Below are positions 13,186 to 25,619 of a stretch of DNA of 64,000 nt, in pieces. Location: assembly GCF_018977255.1 (NCBI RefSeq), contig NW_024704843.1, forward strand, positions 62,001-126,000, read 5' to 3'. The notes beneath the pieces are model-generated. The model saw nothing but the letters and a program-made list of their open reading frames with translations, did no database searches and was not told the origin of the DNA. The DNA is from Callorhinchus milii. Lineage: Eukaryota. The stretch's first letter is position 1. The number at the start of each line of letters is the position of its first letter. The translations under genes and the position numbers were made by a program.

Positions 13186-13497
13186 TGGAGTCCTGAAGCT
13201 CATTGGTTAGAGCACTCGCTTTGCAAGCGAGAGACCTGAGTTCAATTCCAGGCACGGAGAAACCTTGGGCAAGTTTCCTTACTCCACATGCACAAAAAAA
13301 TCCCTCCAAAACCCAAAACAATAATAAATTGGTCATTTTCAATCTACGACTGTTTGTGGGACACAGCTGTGCGTAATTGGCTGCCGCGTTCACCCACAAA
13401 TATACAGTCAATTCACTTTACAGTGTGTTCTGAGAAGCGCTTTGGGACGTCCTCCTGACGTGAAAAGCGCTACATCAAATGCAAGGATTATTATTAT
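13186..13497 (+). mobile_element. Full-length tRNA-derived SINE (~310 bp)
   Basis: tRNA-like head (agctcattggttagagcactcgc...gagttcaattcc), central body, L2-like 3' end, (TTA)n tail. Confidence 0.9.
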
Positions 13498-14294
13498 GAT
13501 TAGAAACACAGAGTCGCCAAATGACAATAATGCAGATGGCCCTCGCATTTGACGACGGGTCTGTGACATCTACACGAATGTCGATGGCGAAGCTGGAATA
13601 TGGCGGGTGACGATCGTGCCATTACTGGTTCATTCCAGCTCAGAAAGCAATAGAAAAGCAGCTCCCCAACCCGGTCACCAGCAAACCAAGTCACCTGCCA
13701 ATTAAATAAGCAGATGACCGGGTCACTTGCCCGGTATCTGACCAGAAGCACTGGTCACTTACACAGATGACCAGGTGACCCGCTGGCTAACCCACCAGCC
13801 AGATATCTAACAGACGTGCCGCACTGCAGCTTTATCTGGAGGGTTGTTTTCTGGGTCACTCGGAGAGAGAAATTCGCTTTTCTTCTCCAATCTCGTCGTG
13901 GGCTCTTTAACTTCCACCTGAACAGGAATACTTGAGCGGGGTTTAACAAATCAACTGAACGACTGCGTCTTCGACAATGAAATACAACCAGCAGATTTGA
14001 TTGGCTTCTGTGATGCGCTCGCGGTTTTTGAAAAAATCGTTATAGAATTAGACGTAGAGAATGAAAATAATTTTTATTGTTTTTCCTCTTTTTAACATTC
14101 AGTTGTACAGATTTTTTGATGTGCCACGTTTTCTGGCGATGGGATTATCGTGTGGGGCGGTGGTTGGTTGGTTGCTTATGAGGTGCTTGATGTATAGAGA
14201 GAGCAATAGAAATGAACACAATCAGATAAGGATGGTATCACCATTGATGGTATGGGAGAAAGTGTGGTAATGGAGAGGGAAAGGCGACTGCTCC

Positions 14295-15070
14295 CGTATC
14301 CAACACACACAAACACACACGCACACACTCTCAAACACACTGACCCACACACGCGCATATTGACGCATACATAATAAAACACACAAAAGCACAGACACCG
14401 ACACACACACACACAAATACACACACACTAAAACACGAACACACACCGACCAGCAAACGTTCACTCAAGCAAACACATGCACTGACTTCCTCCATCACAA
14501 TCACACACACTACTGACCCACACACGCACACACACTCACACACAAACTGGTCTATACAGACACTGATCTATACACACACTGATCAACACAAGCGCAAGCA
14601 CAATTTCACACATACAGACTGAAATATACAAAAACGCAGACTCACAAACAGACACAGAAAGTGAAACACACACGCACAGAAACCTACACATGCACATAGA
14701 CATTTACACAAACTGTTCTACACACTCGCTCACACACTAATCTACGCACGGTCACGCACAGATTCGCAAATACATCTTAAAACATATAAAATCGCAGACA
14801 CAAACGCACATGCACGGACCTACACACTCACTCACACACACTCACATTGTCACATACCTACTAAAACACAAACAAAACATGAATACACATAAGCGTGCAA
14901 ACTTACACACGCACATACACTAGCAAAACATTAATACACATACGCGTGCAAACTTACACACGCACATACACTGACCTACAAACACGCACACACACACACT
15001 GAAACATTGGCACATATATACTAAAATACACAAAAACACAGATGCACCCACACACTGCGAAACAGGAACA
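14295..15070. repeat. CA-rich low-complexity tract
   Basis: Interrupted (CA)n. Confidence 0.85.
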
Positions 15071-15335
15071 CAAACATAAAATTGTACTCAATAACAAAAA
15101 TAGACATGAAGAGAAAGATTGACACTCGCCAACTTCTTGTATTAATCGAATCAGAACAACTCTCCAAACACTCTTACATCAGATGTTGGACGGACGGTGA
15201 AGAGGAAAATTTACTTTGTCTGTATCCTTGACCTGTAAGTTTTGATGGTCAGGTTGGATGGAGCTTTCCTCTATCTCTGACCCTAACGGGGCTTTGTACA
15301 GACAGTGTGGCGCTTTATAGGTTTCTGTTCATCGA

Positions 15336-16282
15336 TCAGGTTATCAGAGCCGCAAACAACTTTTGCAAATGAAATAATCTAACAATTAGAAGGAATGGAA
15401 AAGTCACCACTTTGCTGAGCTCCTCCCTGAATTTCGTCTGAGTAGCCGCGTAAATACAAGTGTTTGTGCAGGAACTCAAAAGCTGCAGCATGTAACCAGT
15501 GTGCAAGGTCATATACATCGGGTCATCAGGGCTTGTAACGTAATATGTCTTAGAAATCCTAAAATACAAGAAACATAGAACATATGTCATCCATAATAAT
15601 ATAAAACTGGTGGAAATAGCAAAGAGTAAAACGATTGCTTTTTTTCGGTTCTTCATCTCCGGATCACTGTCAGTCGCACCTCGATTCTTGTAACTATTGC
15701 TGTGTCCCCGCAATCTATTGCGGGCTCCGCTGGCCACCAGTATGTGCCTGACAGTCAGGGCGTTGAGCAACAAAATCATAACGAATGGGAGAATTGGGGT
15801 TAAAATATAATTAATTGTGTCAAACGCTGCCCAAGTTGGAGAAGTGAAATAGCTTGCTTTAGGTTCGCAACCCCACGGTATATCGTTAATTATGTGCTTT
15901 GGTTCAACTATAAAACCCCAGGGAATGTTTATCACAACGCACAGCGCACTCAATAGCGCTATCACTGTAACAGAAGTTTGTTCTGAACAATATTTTGTTT
16001 TCAGATTTTGGCAACAAATGGCCACATATCGATCAAAGGTGAAAGCCACAGTTAACCAGACAGAGGTTGACGTTGTAGAAGTAGCCAGTATCATAAGGAG
16101 CGCACACATAGGTGTGATGGACAGGAATGAATTCGGGAAATGAGGAAGAATTACTCGATAGAAAACCACTGATGTGATAATCACGAACAGATCTGCTGTG
16201 GACATGGCCACCAGATAGCGAGAGATACATTTGGAGAGTCCACACCGCCCACGAGACAGGATTACAATCGACACCAGGTTTG
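15336..16282 (-). CDS. GPCR gene B, coding exon 2; paralog of gene A (~338 aa spliced)
   Basis: (CT)n tract + CAG acceptor (16283-16285 on -). ORF 15336..16319 has LVAMSTADL, AFTFDRYVAICC, NTCIYAATQTKFREEL, with the same exon start and phase as gene A. Confidence 0.9.
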
Positions 16283-17329
16283 CTGGAGAGAGAGAGAGAG
16301 ACAGAGAAATGCCCATCACAACAATACAACAACTTGCATTTACTTAGCAAGTCGCTTCAATCAATAAAGTATCAAGAAATCGAAAGCAGTGACTCTCTGA
16401 ATGAAGAACAGTTGACTTTCTCTCCCACCTCAAAATCTAACTTAATGGATTCGATGTGTGATCGCACAAAACCTGACTCGCAAATGCCTGACATGCAAAG
16501 GTACCAAAACAGGGATAGAGAGAGACAGGTATCGATACACGCAGACATAAAGATACAGAGACAAACAGACAGAGAGATAGATAGATGCAACAATCACTTG
16601 GATTTATATAGAGCCCTTCAAGCGACTTGGAGCACTTGATACGAACTCGTACAGAGATAACGCGCAAGTTAGAGACAGACAATGGTAGAAGCTGTTAGAA
16701 CAGAAGCAAAGAGAGATATCTTGTCAGGGATTCTATCATTATTTTAAAATTTGTATGATTTTTAAATTGCCCGTTTAGAGTCTGTATCGTAACTGAAATG
16801 GAGTGAAACTGCATTAAAATGATACAGTTTTAATACAGGGTTTCTATACTCTTACGGGTTGTGTTTCTCGATCGGAAACACATAAATGTTGCTTGTGCCC
16901 TCGAACGCTGTTTCGCTGTGTCTACATAGGTAGAGAGAGACTCACACATTTATATAGTTTGGGATACAAAACTACATGCAGTCAAGGAAAGGTACAGACA
17001 AACACACAGACAGAGAGAGAGAGAGAGAGAGATAGAGAGAGTGAGAGAGAAAGGGACAGAGAGAGAGAGAGTAAAAGACAGGGAGACACACGGAGAGACA
17101 AATTTCTCATCGCTGTAGGGATTATTGTTTGACAATTTGGATTATTTTTTACTGCCTATCTAAAGTTTGAATTGTGTATCAAATAAAGTTACACAATTCT
17201 AAACATATGATTTCTATATAATTCTTACAGGTTATGTTTCTTAAAGACAACCATAAACTGTTGCTTATGTGGCAGTCATCCGGCCCTCATTAATAATAAA
17301 ATTATTAAGAATAATTAATAGAAATGCTT

Positions 17330-18200
17330 GCGTTCGATGCAACGCTTTAACGTTTCGTTGTGAGGTCTAAAATAGGTTCACAAAATAAGCTGAAAGTAAA
17401 TTAACTGTATATTTTGTGGGCGAAATGCGGCAGCCAAACGCACAGAGTTTTACAATTTAAAATTGTGGGTAAATTGCCAGGAAACAACACAGGCCAAAAG
17501 CATCGACTATCACGGTTCGGACCCTCAGCTCAATGTAATGTTGTGGTCTTCAATTCGCAAACTTATAACTGAGAGGTAAGAACACTAATAAATGAGTCAA
17601 ACGTATGGATAATAATTGGCTAAACCCACAGTTTAAAATAATAAAACCACTTGCGATTTTTCCCTCTGTGTAATATATAATCATGATAGTAATTTTACTT
17701 GCATTTGATATGACACTTTTCACTTGTTATAGACATATCAAAATGCTTCACTTGATATATCCATTTACCGAGCAGTAAGCAGACACCCGGTTGTTAGTCA
17801 ATTGGTAGTTCACATTTCCTAGGATAATAATCATTAAAATAAACATCTGGCCGCCAAATCCATGGTTGTTTGTGGTATAGTGCAATGCGCAAATGGCTGC
17901 CGAGTTTAATCTATCGGTGTAAAGACAATTCTCTGTGCACTATATTCTCTGCAGCACTTTGCTTTGTATGGAATACATACAAAGTGCAATATTAAATATG
18001 AGGAATATTATTATTTTTGTCAAGTGACTTGACTGTACGTTTGTGGATGAATCGCGGCAGTCAATTCCAAACAAAAATGTCTCACAGACGCACTTGGATT
18101 TTTTGTACGGATTACTATCTCCATTTCGCAACATTTCGCACTCCCGGGAATTGAACCCTGGTCTCTCGCTTGCGATGTTATTGCTCTTACCACCGAGCGA
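17330..18200 (-). mobile_element. Two degenerate copies of the same SINE (~17330-17560 and ~17995-18200) in the gene B intron
   Basis: Body words ttgtgggcgaaatgcggcagcc and ttgtggatgaatcgcggcagtcaatt, with head remnants. Confidence 0.6.
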
Positions 18201-18652
18201 CAGGAATCCATTAATATATATATATTAATAGTACGGTACAGACTGACTAACATTTGAGGCATCGCCACCTTTCGGCGTCCAAACATCCCAAAGCATTTGA
18301 GTTTACTGAAAAGCCTATTTGCTGACAATCGCGGCAATTAAAAGCAAACAAACAGATATAAATTAAATTATGAAGCATATCGCGAAGTTTTTTGCAAGTA
18401 GTTGTTGCCCAACAACCTGCAAACAAATCCCGCTCTCTTTTATTGTGCCACAGGATCTTTGATATCTGAAGGATCAAGTAGGACTTTACTTCTTAAATAC
18501 ATATACAAATCGCGGCATCTACAGCAAAGATCAACGGGTCGGGGTCTGCAAACCACATCTTTCTGATTCAGAGGAGAAAGTGCTACCAACTGAGTCAGGC
18601 TGCAAACTTTACTGCAAGCTCGTCTAACTAACGATTAAGTTAAACAACTTGC

Positions 18653-18722
18653 CAGGAACTCCAAAGGCAGCGAGAACCGGATAATAAATGTTTTGTATCC
18701 TGTGTATTGGCGCAATTGTCAT
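18653..18722 (-). CDS. GPCR gene B, coding exon 1 (MTIAPIHRIQNIYYPVLAAFGVP + G), GC donor
   Basis: Reverse strand reads ATG...ATT TAT TAT CCG GTT CTC GCT GCC TTT GGA GTT CCT G|GCAAGT. It has the same 70-nt length and IYYPxLAAFGxP motif as gene A exon 1; G+CA = Ala joins exon 2 in frame. Confidence 0.85.
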
Positions 18723-18810
18723 CTCGACAATGAACCGATGGTACCTCGTCTCCGTATCGACAGGAGATCAGAATAACTATGTAAGATTCCAGAGCAGAAA
18801 ACAAAGCCTA

Positions 18811-18817
18811 ATTTATA
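18811..18817 (-). promoter_or_regulatory. Candidate TATA box of GPCR gene B (TATAAAT)
   Basis: TATAAAT ~90 nt upstream of the ATG; gene A has TATAAG at 85-90, ~80 nt upstream of its ATG. Confidence 0.4.
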
Positions 18818-19719
18818 CCAACGTGAACGCTTGACTCAGAAGATTTATTACATGATGATGAACGAGGCTCAGCCATGTGAGAAACATGTGCTCTCCCTGA
18901 GCGGTGCAACTTACGTAAGTTATTTATTTTTAGCAACTTGTTATGGCATCCATGCGGAAACCCATCGCCACGGTTTCGACATCGAGAAGCCACCCTGCGT
19001 TCAGAATACTATGTAAATGCTGTTTGCTGTTATTAAAAGATCCAAACCAGAAACAATGGTCCACATATGTTGCCATTTGCAAATTAGTATATGTAATAAT
19101 AAGAATAATGTAAACCACACAGTGTATGAAATTGAAGGCACACTCTCTCGCTGGAGACTCGCACTCGGCTTGAACTAATTCTGGAATGTGTTGGTTATAG
19201 GATGGCAAGAAACAAGGCTTTGGGACCCCAGTGAAGGCACTGTTGCAGATCATCGAGCTATGAGGAAATGTTTCAGAATAATAACACAACATTAATAATA
19301 ATGATCCTTGACTTTGATAAAGCCATTTATTTCTTCAAGACTTCTCGAAACGCTTCGTAAATACACTGTAAAGTTAACTGACTGTTTTGTTTTGTGTGCC
19401 AAATAATTCCAACATGAATTCACTACATTCAATAGATTGTGGTATCAATTGAGTTTTCAGCTGCTAAACATCAGGATGTGAGCTTGGATTAGTTGCAGCA
19501 TTCTCACCTCTTGAATCAGCATTTTGTGTATTGAATCCCCAATTTGGGACAATCCAATCAAGTGCTGGATCCCTCTCTCTCCCTCTCGCGTCTGTTTCTC
19601 CCTCCCTTTGTCTGCATGCATGTCCCTCTTCTCTGTGTGTATGTCCCTCTGTCTGTTTTTCGCATAGATTATAATGGATATCCAATAGTTTGACCGCAAG
19701 AGACCAGAGGATGTTAAAA

Positions 19720-20285
19720 CGAAGAATGTCATCAGACTGGGAAAATATTATTAGGGGAGTTCAATAAGGATTTGCTTTCGGAAATCTGTTGTACAATATT
19801 TGAAATATCTGGAAATTGGGGTCACGAGCACAGTGGCTACGTTTACGTGTGACAATTACCTAATGAAGGCAGTAGGTTGCAAATCTGAACAAGATAGGTG
19901 ACAGTAGGATTTTCAACAAGGTTTGGAATTGGACAGAACAGTGGCAGATGAAACTCAGTGTGGAGAAATGTAAGGAACATCATAGGGAACAAAATAGCGA
20001 TTACTGAATGCAAGGAAAATAACATGTATGGAGAAGAAAATGGAGCTGGGGTTTCTGTCTGACAATAAACTGAATCTCATGCAACAATGCTCTGTGGCAA
20101 TGAGAAAAGCAAACCAGATTTTGGGATGTATCAAAAGATCAATACCAAGCCGCAACAGTAGGGTGATCATGCCACTCCACAAATTATTGTTGAGACAACA
20201 CTACGAATACTATGTCCAGTTCCGTTCGATGCATTACCAAAACGACGTTGGGTGAGTCGAGAGGATAAAGTGGAGGGTGACCAAA
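19720..20285 (+). mobile_element. Degenerate CR1 RT fragment
   Basis: WQMKLSVEK-like and QQCSVAMRKANQILGCIKRSI...YYVQF segments. Confidence 0.8.
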
Positions 20286-21300
20286 ATCATGGAATCACAG
20301 AATCGTATTCGGCCCATCGAGTTTCTGCCGACTCTTTGAATAGAGCAATGCAATATCAATCCCACTCCCCAACCCTTTCCCCATAACCCTGCAAACGCGT
20401 CCTCCTCAAATACCCGTCCACCGCGTTTTTAAAAGTAGTTATCGAATCGGCCTCGACCGCCCTTTCAGGCAATGCCTTCCAGATTTGAACAACTCGCTGC
20501 GTGAAAAAAATTCTTCTCACATCCCCTCTGCTTCTTTTAGATAGTATTTTGATTCTGTGACCTTCAGTCATTGACACACCCACCAGTGGAAACAGTTTTT
20601 TCTATTTCTAACCTATCAAATCCCCTCATGAATTTGAAGTGCTCCAGTAGGTCTCTTCGTAACCTTCTCTGCTCCAATTAGAATAAACACAGCCTCTCTA
20701 TCCTTCCTCATAATAAAGGTATCTCATTCCTGGTACCATCCTCGTCAATCTCCTCTGCACCATTTCCAATGCCTTAACATCCTTCCTATAGTGTGGTGGC
20801 CAGAGCTGGGCGCAGTATTGATACTGAGGCCTTAGCTATAATTTACATAGTTTGATCATAGCCTCCTCACCCTTGTACTCTATGCCACTATTTACGAAGC
20901 CTAGAATACTATTTGCCCTTTTTGCAGCCTTATCTACCTGTCCTGCCACCTTCAAGAATTCACTTACCTGCACCTCTAGGTCTCTCTGTTCTTTTACCCC
21001 CTTAAGATTGAATTACCAGCCTGTATTGCCTCCGCTCATTCTTTCTAAGTAAATGCATTACTTCGCATTTCTCTACACAGAAACTCAACTGCTATGTGTC
21101 TGCCCATTTTAACATTCTGTCGTTGTCTTCCTTTAATTGGCTCCTATGGCTCTCAATGTTTGCCACCCTTCCTTACTTTGTGTCGTGCACAAACTTGGAA
21201 ATAGTACTTGCTATACCCATCTCCAGATAATTTATGTACATTAAGAAGAGCAGTGGTCCTAATATCGATCCCTTGAGAACGCCACTTTACACCTCCCTCC
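20286..21300 (-). mobile_element. CR1 LINE 3' ~1 kb, opposite orientation to the adjacent fragment
   Basis: Minus-strand GHRIKILSKRSRGDVRRIFFTQRVVQIWKALPE...FKNAVDGYL, with the CR1 3' UTR near 20290-20350. Confidence 0.85.
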
Positions 21301-21479
21301 AGTCAATAAATCAGGCTTATGGGCTGACCATTCACTGATTCTGTTAACTTGATACTGACAATTGTGTACATTATTGACCTGCATGTTATATTTTTTGATA
21401 ACTCAAATGACAGCGTTTATATTTCTTATTAAGTGAAGAATTTTCAAAGTCCGTGTGGATTAATAACACTAAATTGGTT

Positions 21480-21900
21480 CTGAGGGTGCGTGAGAGAGGG
21501 TATGCGAGTGTGTGTGTGAGACGTTTGTGTGTGAGTGTATAAAAATGTAATAATAATCCTTGCAGAGTATGTCTTGAGAAGTGTGTGAGCGATGGTGTGT
21601 GTGATTGACACTGTGTGTGTGAAGTGTGTTTCATAGTGTGGGGGAACGTGAGGGATTGCGTGATGTTGTGGGAGAGAGAGAGGATTATGTTTTACAGTGT
21701 GTGTTAGTGTGTACGTGTGAGACTTTGTGTGTGAATGTTTATGCATTAGTGTGCGTTTGCGAGGATGTGTGTTTGAGGATTGTGTGAGGCCTATGTGTGT
21801 ATCTGAGAGTGTTTGTGTCTGATGTTGTGTGAATGTGAGTGAGGGTTTCAGTGTGAAGTGAGGGGCCACTGGTTTCAGGGGTGGGGTAAAGTGAGCCGGT
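21480..21900. repeat. GT-rich low-complexity tract
   Basis: Interrupted (GT)n. Confidence 0.8.
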
Positions 21901-22174
21901 GAATCTTTGAGGTAAATCTTTACGACGTTCAAACAGCAAGAAAATAAAGAAGAACAATAAGATTGTCAAACACACCCGTTGGTCAAGGAAACACACACAT
22001 TAATGCAAAACCTTATCCTGGTCTGACAGAAGCAGGAACTGTCGTCAGCTCAATATTTTGTACGTCTCCCCGCCTTTGGATCATATGATACTGTCACCCT
22101 ACAGTAGAGCCACGAGGAAACTGCGTGTTATTGTGCACATGATGGGGGCTGTACGCCAGGCTAAAATACGATCT

Positions 22175-22465
22175 GTAGTCTGGGCTGTGCTGGGTGTCTC
22201 ATGCTGGATGAAGGCTTTGTGCTGGGCTATGTTGGTGGCTGTGAGCTGGGCTATGCTGTGGGCTGTGTGATGTTAAATGATTCGTGTTGTGTGCTGGGTT
22301 ATGCTGCAGGCTGTGAGCTGGGCTGTGCTGGTTGTTGTGTCTTGGGCTATGCTGGAGGCTGTATGATGTGATATGATTGGTGTTGTGTGGTGGACTATGC
22401 TGAGGGCTGTGTACTGGGCTATGCTGGAGGCCGAGTGATGTGATATGATTCCTGGTGTGTGGTGA
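22175..22465. repeat. Degenerate ~24-bp-based tandem repeat (gctgggctatgctg...ggctgtga)
   Basis: 8-aa periodicity (HSPAHSLQ) in the minus-strand ORF. Confidence 0.75.
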
Positions 22466-23489
22466 CATATGATGGGCGGCTCAGTGTTTCCCTGGGTTTG
22501 GGCCAGAGACGAACAGATATAATACCGTTTAAATTGACACAATAAAGCAGTGATTGGTTTCTGCTGCATTGTTGGAGCGGGTGTTCACCTGGTTCAGATG
22601 AAAAATAGCGATTCAGTCTCCTTTTTCTGTTGAACATTAATGCTAACGTGAAATTGCTGGAAAAGGAAAGGGCGTTTCTACCAACAAAAATATCGAGATA
22701 AAATTGATAATTTGCTTAAGGACTGATTGAGCGACATTGATGCGTCTGCTGCAGTCGCCTCCAAAATCCATTGCCATTCCGCCGCATTAAATGCTTTGCA
22801 TGAAAAACAAGGTTTATTATTATTATGGTTAAGCACCATGGCATATGCTTAGTAGTGTAATTCGAGATTATCTTGTTGCATTATACTATTACAAGATAAC
22901 GTATCTTTGAGATTAGTTGGCTGCCTCAAAGCAATTGAACGTTAGCTAAGTCATAGAGGAGAATAACAGGTTCTTGAAGGCTACATGAGTCGCTGGGACA
23001 TCCACCTCCACCCAGCTGTAATTTGGACTCTGAAACCTGGTATATTGCAAGATGTAGAATGATTATGCTCCAGGCGGTAAAAATGTAAGGCGTGAAATTC
23101 TAGTGACATTACATAATATTTTTGAATGTCAGCAGATTTGGGAATCACACCACAGGATAAAAAGACAAACATTTTTCTCCATTGTTCAATAAAGCATAAA
23201 GCGAGCGACAGAAGCCCTGTGATTTCCAAATAGCCAACGTGGAGCAGATAGAACAGTTGCGATATCAATCAGATGGTTGTCAGTCACCAAAGGTAGAGGC
23301 GTGGTCGCTGAGGCTACAGCAAATCGCAGAGATGAGTAAGGAGATTCCTTGAGAGAAGCTGATATGAAAGAGAATTTACTGTGTTTCAAAGAGAACCTGT
23401 GAAGAAGTTTGAGACATGTAAGAAGTTGGGTCAAGTAGAAACATGTTTACGTATTAATGTTACTTTTTATTCTTACTCTTATTATTTCA

Positions 23490-24015
23490 TCCGACAGTTT
23501 GAGATAATCAGACAGTTTGAGATAAACAGACAGTTTAAGATGACCAGACAGTTTGAGATGACCAGACAGTTTGAGATGACCAGACAGTCTGAGATGACCA
23601 GGCAGTTTCAGCTGACCAAACAGTGCGAGATGACCAAACAATGTGAGGTGACCAGACAGTGTGTGATGACCAGACAGTGTGAGATGACCAGACAGTGTGA
23701 GATGACCAGACAGTGTGAGATGACTAGACAGTGTGAGATGACCAGACAGTGAGAGGTGACCAGACAGTGTGAGAGGTCCAGAGAGTGTGAGATGACCAGA
23801 GAGTGTGAGATGACCAGACAGTGTGAGATGACCAGACAGTGTGAGACGACCACACAGTGTGAGATGACCAGACAGTGTGAGATGACCAGACAGTGAGAGG
23901 TGACCAGACATTGTGAGAGGTCCAGAGAGTGTGAGATGACCAGACAGTGTGAGATGACCAGACCGTGTGAGATGACCAGAGAGTGTGAGATAACCAGTGA
24001 GTGTGAGATGACCAG
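23490..24015. repeat. 18-bp minisatellite (GAGATGACCAGACAGTGT)n, ~29 units
   Basis: Direct repeats; produces the MTRQCE and SGHLTL periodic ORFs. Confidence 0.95.
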
Positions 24016-25619
24016 GCGCTGCTGCTGCTGTTGCTGCTTTCCCTGCTGTGGCAGGTGTGACGGGGAACACTGTATGAAAGCTCAGGCTGTGGCTGTGCGG
24101 TGTGAGGGCAGGAAACTGATCACTGACTGACTGTACACCATCACAGCTGTTTCCTGACAATTGTGCTCTGAGTTTCCGTCCCACCTGAAGGCCGCCTGAA
24201 TCCTTCTGTGCGAAGCGTCTTTCCTGATTGCGCTCAGCAAAAAGACTTTACACATAAAAAACAATAACTTGTACAGCATTTTGCTGATAAACTGTGCTTG
24301 ACAGTTAACTGTTCTAAAACATCTGCAAACGAACATTTCCTTTAAACTCGCAGTCTTGAATTGCAAGTGACGCAAAGAAGCCCAAACCAATATAACAATA
24401 TAACGAGACTGAGAACTTGCCTGCATTTGTAATAGATGCTAATTTTATTTGTATTATATGTAAGAATACGGCAGAAAATTCAGATGGGTTGACACCGGCT
24501 TAACCCTCCAGGGAATGAAAATCCACATCACAAGCTTAGTGAAAGAGTATACACTATTATACTCAGGATAATGAGCCAGTATATCCTTGTTACATTACAC
24601 CCTGTGATATAAGTGTATTACATGAATATACTATATATTATTAACACAGTTTATTTTTCAGATACACTGACACTTTGATTTTCACAATGAGACTGTCGAT
24701 AAATACACATTCTTTGGAGTGAACAGCTTTGGGAGCCCACATACGCAGTCATTTTCGGACGATGGGAAAATGGAATAAATGATAATTTGTAAGACATGAC
24801 TTGAAGGTACATGGAAACAAAGCGGAGAAACGCAGTTAGAGAGAATTACCATGGAAGCCATTGCAGGCCCAGCGGTCTTGGCCATTCCTCATATACAATA
24901 GGAAATATTATCAACTACTGAGCGGAAAACACTATCAATAAAAAGAAACGCATCAATGCAAAAAAAAAAATTGAATGACCTTTTTCGAATGCACTAAATT
25001 GTTATCCTTTTGAAAATATTATTATATTTGGCCGCTTCCAAATTTTATCAAATGTTACTCTTTCTTCTCCGACACACCACCGAGGCACTGAGACCGCCAA
25101 CATTGTACTCACAGTCAGCAAATACAAATGTCATTAAAATAAGTGTCTTGTATAACAATCATAAATAAAAATGATAAAAANTAACGCAATTACCTGCCGT
25201 TTTTCGCCCACAATATTTACTGTCACTGGTATGCCTTTACAGTACATTCTGTGTTACCTTTTGAGACGCTTCAAATATGCAAAAAGTTGTTATATCAAAT
25301 CCAACGATTATTATATAACTTTAAATTATATTATACTTCACGTTCCTTCAATGCTGGAAGAGTTTGTCAGTCAGTCGCTCATGGAATCCTTTTCTGCCAC
25401 ATTGTTTGTGAGCCGTTACAGTGATGCATATCTATCTGTCGAGTGAGAATGTCTGATGTGCTTTGATAAGTTTCCTGTAAGTTAGATGCTCTTGTCTATC
25501 TTGTTAGCGGAGAAGATTCACTGCATTACTATTCTACTTTGAGCGGATTATTATCCCAGGAAGGGCAATCCGCCAATTAACTGACAAACGAGATCCTACC
25601 TGCTGCTCGGTAAATAAGG

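Noticed and set aside
23447-24184. 245-aa SGHLTL-repeat ORF (and the MTRQCE ORFs)
   Set aside because: By-product of an 18-bp unit divisible by 3; both strands are open, with no splice or promoter support.
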